Made by a program: the position numbers and the translations under genes
NCBI RefSeq assembly: GCF_009914755.1
Contig: NC_060925.1
Length of the DNA stretch: 64,000 nt
Origin: the human T2T-CHM13v2.0 reference genome, Homo sapiens
Direction: 5' to 3' (one strand)
The notes under the pieces: generated by a model
Databases searched by the model: none
Seen by the model: the letters and a program-made list of their open reading frames with translations, nothing else
Told to the model about the DNA's origin: nothing
In this document: positions 27,062 to 41,910 of the stretch, piece after piece
Layout: every line of letters starts with the position of its first letter
Numbering within the stretch: the stretch's first letter is position 1

Positions 27062-27525
27062 TGAAGATCGATGGGTACACGGAGGGCGAGGGCAAGCTGG
27101 GGGACAAAGAGGGGAGGTACATGAGCAGGAAGAGGAAATATTCTCCCTTTGGAGTTTTATAAGCTTTAGCTTTAAATTTTGCCCTTGATTACCATAGAAT
27201 GCCATAATTTAGTTGAATATCAGCAGGATAAATGAAGCCTCTTGCAAAACACTGTTGAGCCCTTTTGAATACTTGTGGTTTGGGGTGGGTGTGGGCATGT
27301 GGGGAGGTGGCTGGAGGTATGTGTACACAAGTGTTCCCCAATCCCTGTGTTCTGAAATTTCGTATGTTCTTTTTTAATGTGAACAAATGTCAGGAATTTA
27401 TGAATATATCATAGTGCTCATTTTTTTTTTTTTCTGTAGCATTCAAAGTATGTTACAGGTGTAAGATACTTCAGAGTTCAGAAAGAAGGGATCTTGGGTC
27501 TTTTATAGCAAATACTAAATAGTAA

Positions 27526-27810
<285 letters not shown>

Positions 27811-29109
27811 TAACAGAGTGCCTGGGCACGTTTTTATCCAGTAACCTAGTCTGGTAGACAGTTAACAAGTGATCCTATGAACCTCTATGTCTTGTTGACC
27901 TTCCTCTACATCTTTTAGGGGCAATCCTCCTATTTGTTTATTTGCCCCCTATTATTTTGAAAACAATAAGTGCTGAAGAAATGTTCAGCGTATTGGGCTG
28001 TGAGAAACAACGTCCTGATGGTTTGCTTCTGACTTGTACTTAGACCTTTGGTCTCATGCTAGTCAGTTCTGTTTGTTTAAAAAAAAAAATGGTGGAAGAA
28101 TATCTTTCTTATCTAACCTTTGTTGCTGTGGACATGACTTATAAGCCTAATTAAAGTTAATTAATTCTTAGTGTGTCTAAGTTAGACATACTATTTCCTG
28201 ACTGCCTTGGAATGGGTGTGAATTTACATGAGCACTTATGTGCTCAGCTTAGAAACTAGACTAACGGTAAACTTTTAGTCTAAGATGCTACCTATTTTTT
28301 TCTACCCTGACAGCTACTGAGGCTGAGAAGTTCACTTTACCCATTGTCTAATGTATTTGGGAAAGTGGCATTTATAATACTTTGTAGGTTGACAGATACT
28401 ACATTCATTATTTATATAATGCTTCCTATTCTTCTTAACTTGGGTAAATCTAACTCATGGTATCTTTCGTATGTGTCTATCCAACCGAAGGATTGCTATC
28501 TTCTCTTTAAGTGTTTTTCACTTCCCTACTTCCACCACCCCAAAGTGGAAGCAGTCTCTCTTCTTTTGAGTCCACATGGCACGTTAAAGATCATTGTAAC
28601 GTCATACAACATTGAAAAGAATGTCTTACATTATCTTGATTCTTGTATTTACTATACTAGATGATAAACCCCCTGGGCAGAATGCATCTGATCTGTACTT
28701 ATCCTCAAAAGTAGCTAGCATGATGTCCCACATTGGTGCTCAGTAATATGTTTCAGTTAAATGAACAAGAGAGCAGAGGTATGGCCTTGATGTTTCCAGA
28801 GAAGGCAGCTGAGGCAGATAATTCCATGATTTGCCAAATCCAAATAACTTAATGTCATCATCAGTGGGCAAGTCTAGAACCCTAATATCCTGGTGCTCAA
28901 AATTAGTGTTATCAATTCAGTCTTCTCCACATTAAACAATTTCCAATTCCTTTGAGGCCTGGTGTGATGGATTCTGTCTTTCAAATGCTTTTTTTCTTTC
29001 AGTGACTCTATCGTTCATAAATGTTAAATAAAACCCTCACTCTGTTATAAAAATATAGACTTTAAAAATTTTCCAAAGTAAACACTCCAGAGAAAGGTAG
29101 GCGGGCTGA

Positions 29110-29388
<279 letters not shown>

Positions 29389-29747
29389 TAGTGCCTTGGG
29401 ACACCCTACTCAGTGAATGTTGCCTTTTGAGGTCCAGATGGCCAGCTGTTCTATCTCACCTGGAGTATTAATTTCTCATCTCCAAAGCTTTACTTCCACC
29501 CAGAAAAGACCAGATAGTATTAAAATATGATGGTGTAAACACACGAGGAATTAAAAATTTTTTGGAAAGCAATTGTGTAAAAAAGAAATGTAAGCAAAGT
29601 AAAAACAGCAAAAGACTTGAAGTTTTAAAATACTTGCATTATTCTAAGTTAATGTACCTTATGCAATGAATGGCATATCTTCTGTGTTTTCAGTTAACTG
29701 TTTGTTAATGAGTGTTTGGTGTCCTCTGTGTATCTGTCTTTTTTTAA

Positions 29748-30122
<375 letters not shown>

Positions 30123-30610
30123 TACTCTCAGGATTAATACTGCCCTGAAAAGCTTTGTAGAAGTTATTTCCTCACCATTCCGACTGCTTCTTTTTAAAGT
30201 ATATTCTAAGTATAATCACTGCATCAAAAAATAACAATTTTGAATTCTTGTCACATGTTGCTTTTCCTCCAAGTTGTGCCAATTTGAGAATGCTAGCCAG
30301 TAGCATGTGGTGTCTTCACAGTCCCACCAGCATCAGATTTTTATCCTTTTTTTTTTTTTTTTTTTTTGCTGGTTTTAGTAATTTTCAAGTATTTTTATGT
30401 AACTCTGTAGAAGGAAAAATAGACATTGTGTATGCTAGTGATTGTATACCAAGATAAAACCTGAGTATTGCCTTTGTGTTTCCTTTCTGTGGATATATAT
30501 GTTTATATTTTTGGCTAATCGATGTTTATTAGTTTTATATTTGCATTCCTTTCCTTTTGATAGTCTAAGCCGAATCATCCTTAGTATTTACTCTTGCCTA
30601 CTGGATATAA

Positions 30611-30805
<195 letters not shown>

Positions 30806-31398
30806 TAAGGCAGGAAGCTCAAATCACAGTCTGCTGTGAACAAGCAAATAGTGATGGTTTAAAATCTTCAGCGTGGTTCTATAATGGTTTGCATCTAGGC
30901 TTGCTCTGAGTAGGAAATGTACCTGCACTGCCAGAAAGCAACCTTGTCATTCCTAAGAAGGGTTTTAAGTAAGAGCAAGTCATAATAATTAGCACTTAGA
31001 TGGTATTTACTGTTCTAAGAGCTTGATATGGTGACCTATTATTTGCAGAGCAGGGAAGGTAAGGATTCAAGAGGCTTTTGAAGTACCTCAGAACTGGTGA
31101 AATCATGCAGTAAATTCAGCAGTCTAGCTTCTGATTTCATGCTGTTAACCACTGAGCTCTACTGCCTAGCACCTAGCATCTTGACACTTTCCAGGTCCAC
31201 ACTAACAAAATAAAATAAGGAAGGGACAATTACTTAGGCCATTCAGGCAAACACAGGAGACATTTGGCAATGAAGTAAAACAGATAATAGCAAATTGGTT
31301 TTGTTTTAAGGTTTAGGGCCCTTTCACCCTATGTTACGGTTAGAGGAGGGTTTGGTCTTGTATCAGCTCTGCCACTTTCTAAAACTTGGTTATATTTC

Positions 31399-31674
<276 letters not shown>

Positions 31675-31928
31675 TAAAACTTGGTTATATTTCAGCATGT
31701 CTAATAAAGATAGGGAAAGGAAGAATACAGACAGGCCTGCCTTAGAGATCATCATGAGCCTCAAATGAGATAAAATATATGAAAATGCTCTGTAACCTGT
31801 AAAGTACTGAACACTTAATAGCTTTTATGTGCTGGGGAAAATTCCTTCTTTGTTTTGTTTACAAAGTGATCTGCATAAGAATATCCCCTCTTGAGGTGAT
31901 GGACACATGCTGGTGATGTGATGCGTGA

Positions 31929-32249
<321 letters not shown>

Positions 32250-32690
32250 TAGGCATAGAGAGGGTGACTTGTTAATGGTTTAGCAGTGACAGAAGCACTT
32301 TAAAGTCCAGGTGTCCACTGTGTCCCAGAGCCTGACCGCTCCGTGGAGTCATCTGATATGGGGTCCTAGTATTTGCAATAGAGATGTGAGTGGTCAGACT
32401 ACAGGGCGTGCATACAGGAATGGCATTTTCTGGAGTGCCACCCACCAGAGTCATTACTTTGAGTAGCTCTTGTTAATGCTGGGGGCTATGTTTGTTGTCA
32501 CTTCTCAGTTCTGTTATTTGGTGTAGGGCCTGTGTGAATACTTGCCTGTGACGGTTCTCAGGCTTCATAAATAGTCTCAATAGGAAAGGAGCAGTGTCTG
32601 TAATGAGTGCTCAGTGGGGGCATGCATCGCACTATTTCCATCGCTAGGAAAAGTGATTGGTATTAACCCGTTTTCCCTTTTCTGGGGTAG

Positions 32691-32909
<219 letters not shown>

Positions 32910-32980
32910 TAGCATCCATTTCTGTATACTTCTTGGATATGTTCAGTTTCCAGTGTGCTTGTCTCATAAGCTAACAGTAA

Positions 32981-33181
<201 letters not shown>

Positions 33182-33399
33182 TAGTAGTGAGGTGTGAGCT
33201 GTGTCTTCATTCACTGGCACTATGCTCCCAGCATCCATGAGGCTGGCGTTGGGAAAAGAAATTCTCAGGACCAGTATCCAGTGTGTGTCCCAATCCCGGC
33301 TTCACAGAATCAGTATTACCACTCTTCAAGGCAGCAGTTAACATTTGTTTATCAGATGGGAATCTTTATTTTTGTATACTTCACCTAAAAGATTTTTAA

Positions 33400-33648
<249 letters not shown>

Positions 33649-34908
33649 TAAGGCATCTGAGGTGATGGTGTCCACCTCAGGTTGAGGTTGATTTCAGAGA
33701 CTGCAAATCCAGGCGACTTTCAGGTCTAGGATGAGCCCTAACGGAGTGAGCCTGTGGAGTTTCTCTGAACTCTCTTCCATGTGAGAATACATCTGTTGCT
33801 GTTTGCCCAGTTACCTTTTGTGGAAACTGGTTTTCTATACTGAGCACCTTGGAACTGGGCTCAACTCTGCCTGAGAAATGAGGATGTCCTTCCTCACTGA
33901 GCCTTGCGGAACAGGAGGCATGGTTCTAAGGAATTGTGTGTACTGACGCACAGGCTGCTTTCCCTGGAGATACACACTTATCTGTCACTCACTTGGATGG
34001 AGTTAGGCATTGGAGAAAGTATATGTGTTTGAGAGTTTGGCTGGTAGGTCACCACCAAAGGGTGATCCTCCATCCACCTCACACTGGACTTCTGCCCCCA
34101 CAGTGCAGCATGACTAGCTAACAGGTGATCCAGGTGGTGGGCAATCAGCATGCCATTTGTTTTTAAATCCTCTGCCTAGGGTTCCTTCAAGAGAACCTGG
34201 CAAAGCCACCATGGATGTCTTATTCTCCTGGATTAATGGGTCACATAACTGTGAACGCTTGGATAAAGAAGAACAGATTAGATAGAATATTGTGGAAATT
34301 ATGGCAAAGATTCATTAGACAGTTGTTGGCAACAAAGTAATTGGCTGGTGGCCCATCCTGACCTTCTCCAAGGAGGCCTGCTTTTGAGAGGAAGGAAGAC
34401 TAGGTCTCTGGTGGTTTAGGATGAAACCCTGCCCTGAGGAACTTGGAGCAGCGTGGTTAAATTGGATGCCAGGGGGAGGAGGGTCCTGAAGGTGGGGAGG
34501 AGAGTCAGAAAGTGCCACAGTGGCTAGAAAAATGGCAGCATGTAGGAATTTTGAAAGATGGAAAAGAAGTTATCATTTGTCAGAGATTAAAAAGTAGGGA
34601 AGTGGATTTCCCCTAAAGGTCATACCCTTAGAAGCAGCTGGTCAAGTAACAGGTGGGCATTTTGAGAGCAAGGCACATGTGTCTTTGTGTAGGCTCCAAA
34701 AAGTGACTCAAAAAGCAGAGGGCCCTGAGATTGGAGTGTATGCCTGGGGTCCTCCATCCCATCCCTCATAGCCTGTGAGTGACCAGGCAATTCTTTCCTG
34801 TGCTTTTATCAACCAGGGGGAAACACTCCTCCATATGTGCTCTCCCAGGCCTGCTGCAGTAATCAGCTGAAGGCTATACAGGTACCCTTGTGTGTGAGGT
34901 TCTAGTAA

Positions 34909-35091
<183 letters not shown>

Positions 35092-35163
35092 TGACCTGAC
35101 CAGTGTCAGAGCTCCTCAAGCCCCAGAAGACTGAGGCCACACTGCCACCAGCCATGCAGGTGA

Positions 35164-35331
<168 letters not shown>

Positions 35332-35555
35332 TAAGTAATGAAGGACATGTCAAGGCCTTGGCTCAAAGAAGGGGACTGGTGATTTGTAAACCCTTTGCCA
35401 AAAACTAAACATATGACACATATAGCCAGGTTTCTGGAATCTCTAGTTTATAGAGCAAATTTAGGAAGCAAGAAATGTAGCTTTCTAGTTTTTTCATCTG
35501 ACCTCCAAGTTTTCAAGTACAGCTAATACATAAAGATGTTGATCTGCCATTTTAA

Positions 35556-35726
<171 letters not shown>

Positions 35727-37882
35727 TAAGTTGATCCTCTGGTAGCTCCAAAAAGTATGAAATAGTATGTGTGGCTTTTCCCCCCATTACTTGTGGTAAT
35801 AGTTGTTATTTTCAGAATTTTGAGTGGTATGTACAAAAATTCCTATGGGTTGGAAAACTGTGAAAGCTTGACATGTCAGTAAATCAGACTAACAAATCCT
35901 GAGGCTTCCATGATAGCAGCTAGTGTTTAGGATTTGGCCCAAGATAAGATAAAGCCACACAGGCTCTAGCTCCATGGAACTGCTCAACAGCGAACTGCAT
36001 TGAGCACTCAGGTCTGCCACAGCTGTAGTCCAGTTGTCTTTAGAGGCCAACTGGGGGTATGCTGGAGCGTAGGCGCCCAGGCTCAAATCTTGATTTGCTT
36101 GCTTAGTCACTGTCCCATTACAAGTCATCCACCTTTCTGAGACTCTGAATACTCTGCTCTCAAAGAAAGAAGGTTGGAGAAACAGATCTGAGGTCCCTTT
36201 TACTTTATAATCAGTCATGGGTAGAGTTGATCAAAGGAAGCATACTGCTAGTCTTTGGCCTTAAACACAGTGAATGACTCTGCATTTCAGATAAACTTGA
36301 ATTTTCAAAGAGGGTTTATCACAAACTCCGTTAGTTTTTTGCAACATTGAGTATGTTTGGTGATACCTGGTTGAGGTTAAGCAACTGCAACTTGATTAAA
36401 ACGTGCAAAGCCACAGATTGTGGGACCCATTTACAAGTTCCTTTGAAGCTTTTGATTTAAAGCATTAGTCTCCTTTGAATTCCTGCTGTCCTCATCCTTG
36501 CTCAGACCCGTCTGGACCATCTCTCAATCCCCTGTTGCCAGCACTTCCTTCAGCTCATCTTATCCCTAAAGTAACCAAAACCCATCAGCCTCATTCACTT
36601 CCTGTGGGTTATGTGCAGACATCGTCTGTGGTGCAAGATGAGACTGGCATCCAGAGTCAGTCTCATTGTCCCAACCTGTCTTTATAGCTTTCTCTTGTAC
36701 CCCTTACCCATCCAAGCTCATGTTAGGTGAATTCGGCTTTCTTCCTCTGCCTTTGTGTTTGGTAAGATCCTTCCTCCCCACATCCCTCCTTCTGTTCCCT
36801 CTTACCCTGCCAATCCTGATAGTCCCTTCAGGGCCGGTTTCCTTGGAGCTTGTCCCTCCAGGGCCTGTGCACTTGCACCTCTTCTCTGGCATTACTTGTT
36901 GCTTGTCATTTCACCTCCCTGCTAGGTTTTAATCTAGAAGGCATGGGCCACAGTGTCTTTCTTCTCTGTGCATCCCCAGCTCCCTACACAAAGCTGGTGT
37001 ACAGCAGGGGCCAGCCATCTCCAAATTGAATTCTGTCAGCTTGGGCCATTATGTATCAAGATGGGGCTTGGAGAGGTCACAGAGCTTTCCAAAAAGGCTG
37101 GTGGAAAATTACACTGAAAAGGGGGCATTTCCATCTTCTGGGTCCTTCCCTGGTTTTTTTGCCACCACCAAAGAGATTGTTCTGACAGGTTCTGCCCAAT
37201 TTTGGAAGGTGGTTCAGTTATTCGGTGACTGAGTCAAATGAGATCATCTCTCTTAGCTGCCTTGTCAGACACACAGGAAGAAGAGGAGACCACCGGAGTC
37301 CTGCCCAGGGACAGCCTTTCTCACACCATAGCAGGGAGCTGGTGATCACGGAGGCTGCCTGGAGCCTGTCAGCAGGCTAGAGACTGTGTGGCTCAGCCTC
37401 CAGGCCCCTTGGAAGCCTTCGGGCTCAGCTTTTTTCAGTCCCCAGGACCAGGCCTCAGAACACAGAGCTGATATCCCAAATGCTGTTGTCAGAGATCAAA
37501 TTTGGGGAATGCATAAACTGGTTTTGACCCACACTGGCAGGTCTTTATCTTCAAAATGCTGGGATATTAGGCAGATGGTCTTAAAAAGCTTCTTAAACAC
37601 TTTAGAAATGAAAGAAAGAAAATGTTCAGTTGCTCTGGGATGGTTAACAGAAAAGTACTCTGCTCATCCTATAAACCAAGTCTTATGAAATCCAAACTGA
37701 AGATGAGTAGGGATTCCATTACAAAGTCTGCAGACTGATTTCCTCTGCGTCTCTAGGCCCTGGGCACATGGAGTAGCAATCTGTTTTAAGACATTTTTAT
37801 TTGTTCTGTTAATGACTCAGTAGTTAACTGTGACTGTACTTGGCTTCTCCTTTCAGGCTGATTATTTCATTGTCACTGGTGA

Positions 37883-38155
<273 letters not shown>

Positions 38156-38485
38156 TAGCTAAGGTGACTGGACCAGCAAACTGACCATAGTCACATCTTC
38201 AGAATGTAGATCTCAGTTACAGTTTGAGGACTGGTCATGTTTTAGACTTTAAAATACAAACCAAGTATGATTTAGTGAAAACTTGTCAGAATCTAAACCA
38301 TCTTTCCAGGTAACTTGGTATTCCTAAAAACATGTAAATAAGTACAGTTGAGGTCCCATGTTTGGATTTTAACACACCCGACCCCCATCATCCTCCGGTT
38401 GGTTTTCATCCCTGTTTCCCTCTGTAATGCTGGAGCGAGGAAGACTCACTGTAGTGTGTCTTGTCTGTCTCTTTGCCACCCACAG

Positions 38486-38514
38486 GCTGGGTGGAGAAGG
38501 AAACCTACTATTAG
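38486..38514 (+). CDS. ATP1A1: ATP1A1 exon 23 coding part (WVEKETYY*)
   Basis: cacag|GCTGGGTGGAGAAGGAAACCTACTATTAG. Confidence 0.98.
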
Positions 38515-38819
38515 CCCCCCGTCCTGCACGCCGTGGAGCATCAGGCCACACACTCTGCATCCGACACCCACCCCCTCTTTGTGTACTTCAGTCTTGGAGT
38601 TTGGAACTCTACCCTGGTAGGAAAGCACCGCAGCATGTGGGGAAGCAAGACGTCCTGGAATGAAGCATGTAGCTCTATGGGGGGAGGGGGGAGGGCTGCC
38701 TGAAAACCATCCATCTGTGGAAATGACAGCGGGGAAGGTTTTTATGTGCCTTTTTGTTTTTGTAAAAAAGGAACACCCGGAAAGACTGAAAGAATACATT
38801 TTATATCTGGATTTTTACA

Positions 38820-38855
38820 AATAAAGATGGCTATTATAATGGAATTTGTCTGTGC
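38820..38855 (+). terminator. ATP1A1: ATP1A1 poly(A) signal and downstream GU-rich element
   Basis: AATAAA at 38820-38825, upstream TGTA and U-rich tracts, downstream TTTGTCTGTG near 38845. Confidence 0.9.
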
Positions 38856-38897
38856 CCTCGTCGCTTCTTTGGTACAGATGTCTATGTGATCTGGAGC

Positions 38898-39057
38898 TGT
38901 GGTTTTCAACATGAGTCCCTGACCAGCAGTTTATCAGCATCACCTGGTTGCTTGCTAGGAAGGCGGGCCCAGACCCACTGAGTCAGAAATGCATCAGCAA
39001 TGTGGCTTAATAAGCCCTCAGGTGATTTTGATTTACATTCAAGTTTGGAAACCACTG
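38898..39057. mobile_element. MER5A-like hAT-Charlie MITE just past the poly(A) site
   Basis: gtggttttcaa...cagcatcacctgg...ggtgattttgat...gtttggaaaccactg, with terminal inverted repeats. Confidence 0.8.
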
Positions 39058-39672
39058 GCTAAGAGGAAGCATTCTGCCCGTGCTCTTTTAGTTGGAGTAG
39101 GTGAGTTTACCTGACCCATTTTTTCTGGCTGCTGCCTGGGGTGATAGGGCTGTAACTCCACCTGCTGCCTTAGCATCTGGCTTTTTGATGGAAGAGCACC
39201 TCGCCTAAAGGATTTCCAGACCCTCAGAGTATACTAAACTGCAGATGAGGCCCTTCTCTTTCAGTCTAAAAGAGACCTGAAGCCTTCCTGCTTTCCCTCC
39301 AGAGATCACCACCACATCTCAAGTGTCTCTAGCCCAGGGCTTATCTGAGAAGCAGAAATCTATCCCACACAGTCTGCCTGGGCATGTGTGCTGAGAAGTG
39401 GTTCCCTTCCTTCCATATAATGTGTTCCTAATTTAGCATCAATGACACAATTTCAGCAAGTGGTTATGTGCCAGCAAGCACTTAAGAAAAAGGTGAAAGA
39501 GATGTGTTTACTTCAGGGTCAAGTCTGAGAACACCTCCTGCTTTCAGAGCTGCTGTAAAAGGCTCCCCTCAGTCTCAGCCATGAGTGGTGCAGAGTGCTG
39601 TTAACTGCCGGTGCTTCTCCCAGGCTGTCATTGCCAACTGTCGCCTCCAAGCAAACACAACAAGCAAACTCC

Positions 39673-39960
39673 TTACCTCTGGCACCAAACAGTGATCGTG
39701 ATCTGCCAGATGATCATAGTGTCTTTTTTCTCCGAAAAGCTTAACTCAGTCCTCATGCTTGGTTGCTGTGCACTTCCAAGCTGGGCCAATGCGGGAGGAG
39801 ACAGTGGTGACTCCTGTACACTGGGGCTGTGGTTGCTGCACCCACCCACTCCAGCCGCAGAACTGGGAGGGGCAGGTGGTCTTGGACTCTCCTTTCTTGG
39901 GGCACTTTCCCCTGGGATGATCTCTACATTTGTCTGCAAGTCATCTTTAAAATGAGCCAT
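39673..39960 (-). CDS. Putative 95-aa smORF of ATP1A1-AS1 (MAHFKDDLQ...); translation unproven
   Basis: True ATG start with +4 G, non-repeat sequence, lying within a splice-bounded minus-strand exon; resembles the recalled putative C1orf203/ATP1A1OS product. Confidence 0.35.
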   Translation of the reverse strand: MAHFKDDLQTNVEIIPGESAPRKESPRPPAPPSSAAGVGGCSNHSPSVQESPLSPPALAQLGSAQQPSMRTELSFSEKKDTMIIWQITITVWCQR

Positions 39961-41737
39961 TTGCTCAGACCAAGATAAGGAAACTAGAACTAAAAGATCA
40001 TGGGATTAGAAGGTTGTGAGTCAGGTAGCAACTGGAGCCTCCTGGAAGGTACTTTACTGGCCCAGCTGTGACGGCAGGGCCAGTCACACAAGACGTCTCT
40101 TGTGAGGTCAGGCTGGCACTGGTGGTATCCGTACTGCGACTCCCTGTATGTCTACTTTCAGCATCCCTGGAGAAGACCAACGCACATACGCTGCTGCGAT
40201 GAAGGTCATGGGCATTTCCTGATGCAAAAGATTTGAAACACTCTGAGACTTTAGCTTTTGACAAGGGGACCCCAGAGAACGTTAAGCCAGTGTTTCTCTG
40301 ACAGCTCTAAGAAGCCCTGGTCTTCTGGGAAACCCTGGAGGGAGCAAGGCAAAAGGAAGGCTCTGAACTTCACACCTGATTTTCCACCAGAACATTTCTG
40401 CCCTTTTCTGTGTGACAATCCTTTGAATAGAAAGTTCTACAGCCAAACATTTGATTTAGGAAGAGCAGGTAAGTGAGCTGCTCTTCATGGGTAAAGCTGG
40501 CACCAAAGTCAGGCCTGCTGTGGGTTAGAGCTTTCCCAACTTTCTAAAAGCAGGAGTGCTTGGGCTCTCATTTCTACCTCTACGCTCAAACTCTCCTGCT
40601 GGCCCTGTCACTAGGAGCTAAAATCACTCCAGAGCCATCACAAGCAGCTTCTCACAATGGCCCTCAGCACTGTCGATTCCCTACAGATCTCTGTCTCTGA
40701 CCCCCCTTTCAAATGCCTTCCTAACAAACACTTCTGACCACATACCTTTTTCAGTATATGGGTCCTCACTGATATGTTCAACTTCTTAAGGTCCTTCTCA
40801 GCATTTAAATTGCGGTCTTATCCCTCTCACATCCTGACCCCTACCCCTTTCTCTAGCTGTCACCCTCCCTCATGGACAAACTTGTAGAAGAGTCACTGCC
40901 ACTCCTCCTAATTGTTCACCTCCCAGTCATCCCTCTGCCTCTTCCAGCTCCCATGAACACCAGTCCACCAAAATTGCCTGGTTGAGGCCATACTGACCTC
41001 CTGATGCATCTTGGTCCTTCCTTGACCTCTGCTGCATCTCTTCTGTCCATCACACCCTTCCTGAAACCAGACCTCCCGTCTTTCTGTCATTGTCTCTGTG
41101 CACTCCTTAGCTCTCAGCCCCCTCTTCACCTGCTCGACCCCTCGTTTCCTCAGGGAGGCCTCCACACCTTCTCTCCCTGCTTCATACTCTTCCTGGCATG
41201 ATTTCCAGCTCTGATCTGGTCCTCTCCTGAGCCCCAGATGTACAAATCCAGTGTGTCCTAGACATCTGCATTTGTTCAGAAAGAGCATGGCACACTTGAG
41301 TCTTAGTACCAATGGCGAGCCTAAGTTTGAGGTTCCACAAATAAATATGCTTTAGGCAGTGATGACATTTGGCACCCTACTGCCCAAGCGAGAAACCGGA
41401 AAGGTGGGTGAGCCCTCTCTTTTCCTGCTCTGCCCCCCACCCAATTACTGTGGATTCCAATGTTGTGGTAGAGAACATGGACTTTGCGTCTTTTAACAGA
41501 CACAGACAGTGTCCCATCACTGGCTGATGAAGGGCACATAATTTAGCCTCTTTGTGCTTCCTTTACTCTAGAATATTTCAGAGCTGTTAAAAGGATTAAG
41601 TGAAATTATGCATAAAAGGGAGTCTCATAGTGGCTGCTGTTCAATAGTTCATTCTCTCTACTGCCGGTGTCCTTTACATCTGGGTGCTGGAAGCGGCTTT
41701 TTGGTGGTATCCCTAATTTTTGCCTTTCTCTATTCCG

Positions 41738-41910
41738 GTAGTTCTCAAAGTGTTTCTGGACCAGCAGCATCAGTATCACCTGGGAGCTTGTTAGAAATGC
41801 AAATTCTGATGCAGACCTATTGAATCAGAAACTGGAGGTGAAACCCAGCAATCTGTTAGAAGTAGCTTTCCAGGTGATTCTGATGCACAGCAAAATCTAA
41901 GAACTAATGC
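41738..41910. mobile_element. MER5A-like MITE
   Basis: gtagttctcaaagtg..ggaccagcagcatcagtatcacctgggagcttgttagaaatgcaaattc..ccaggtgattctgatgcac. Confidence 0.85.

Noticed and set aside
38512-38520. Stop-codon readthrough extension
   Set aside because: The context TAG CCC is not the TGA CTAG readthrough motif, and a free KETYY terminus is functionally required.
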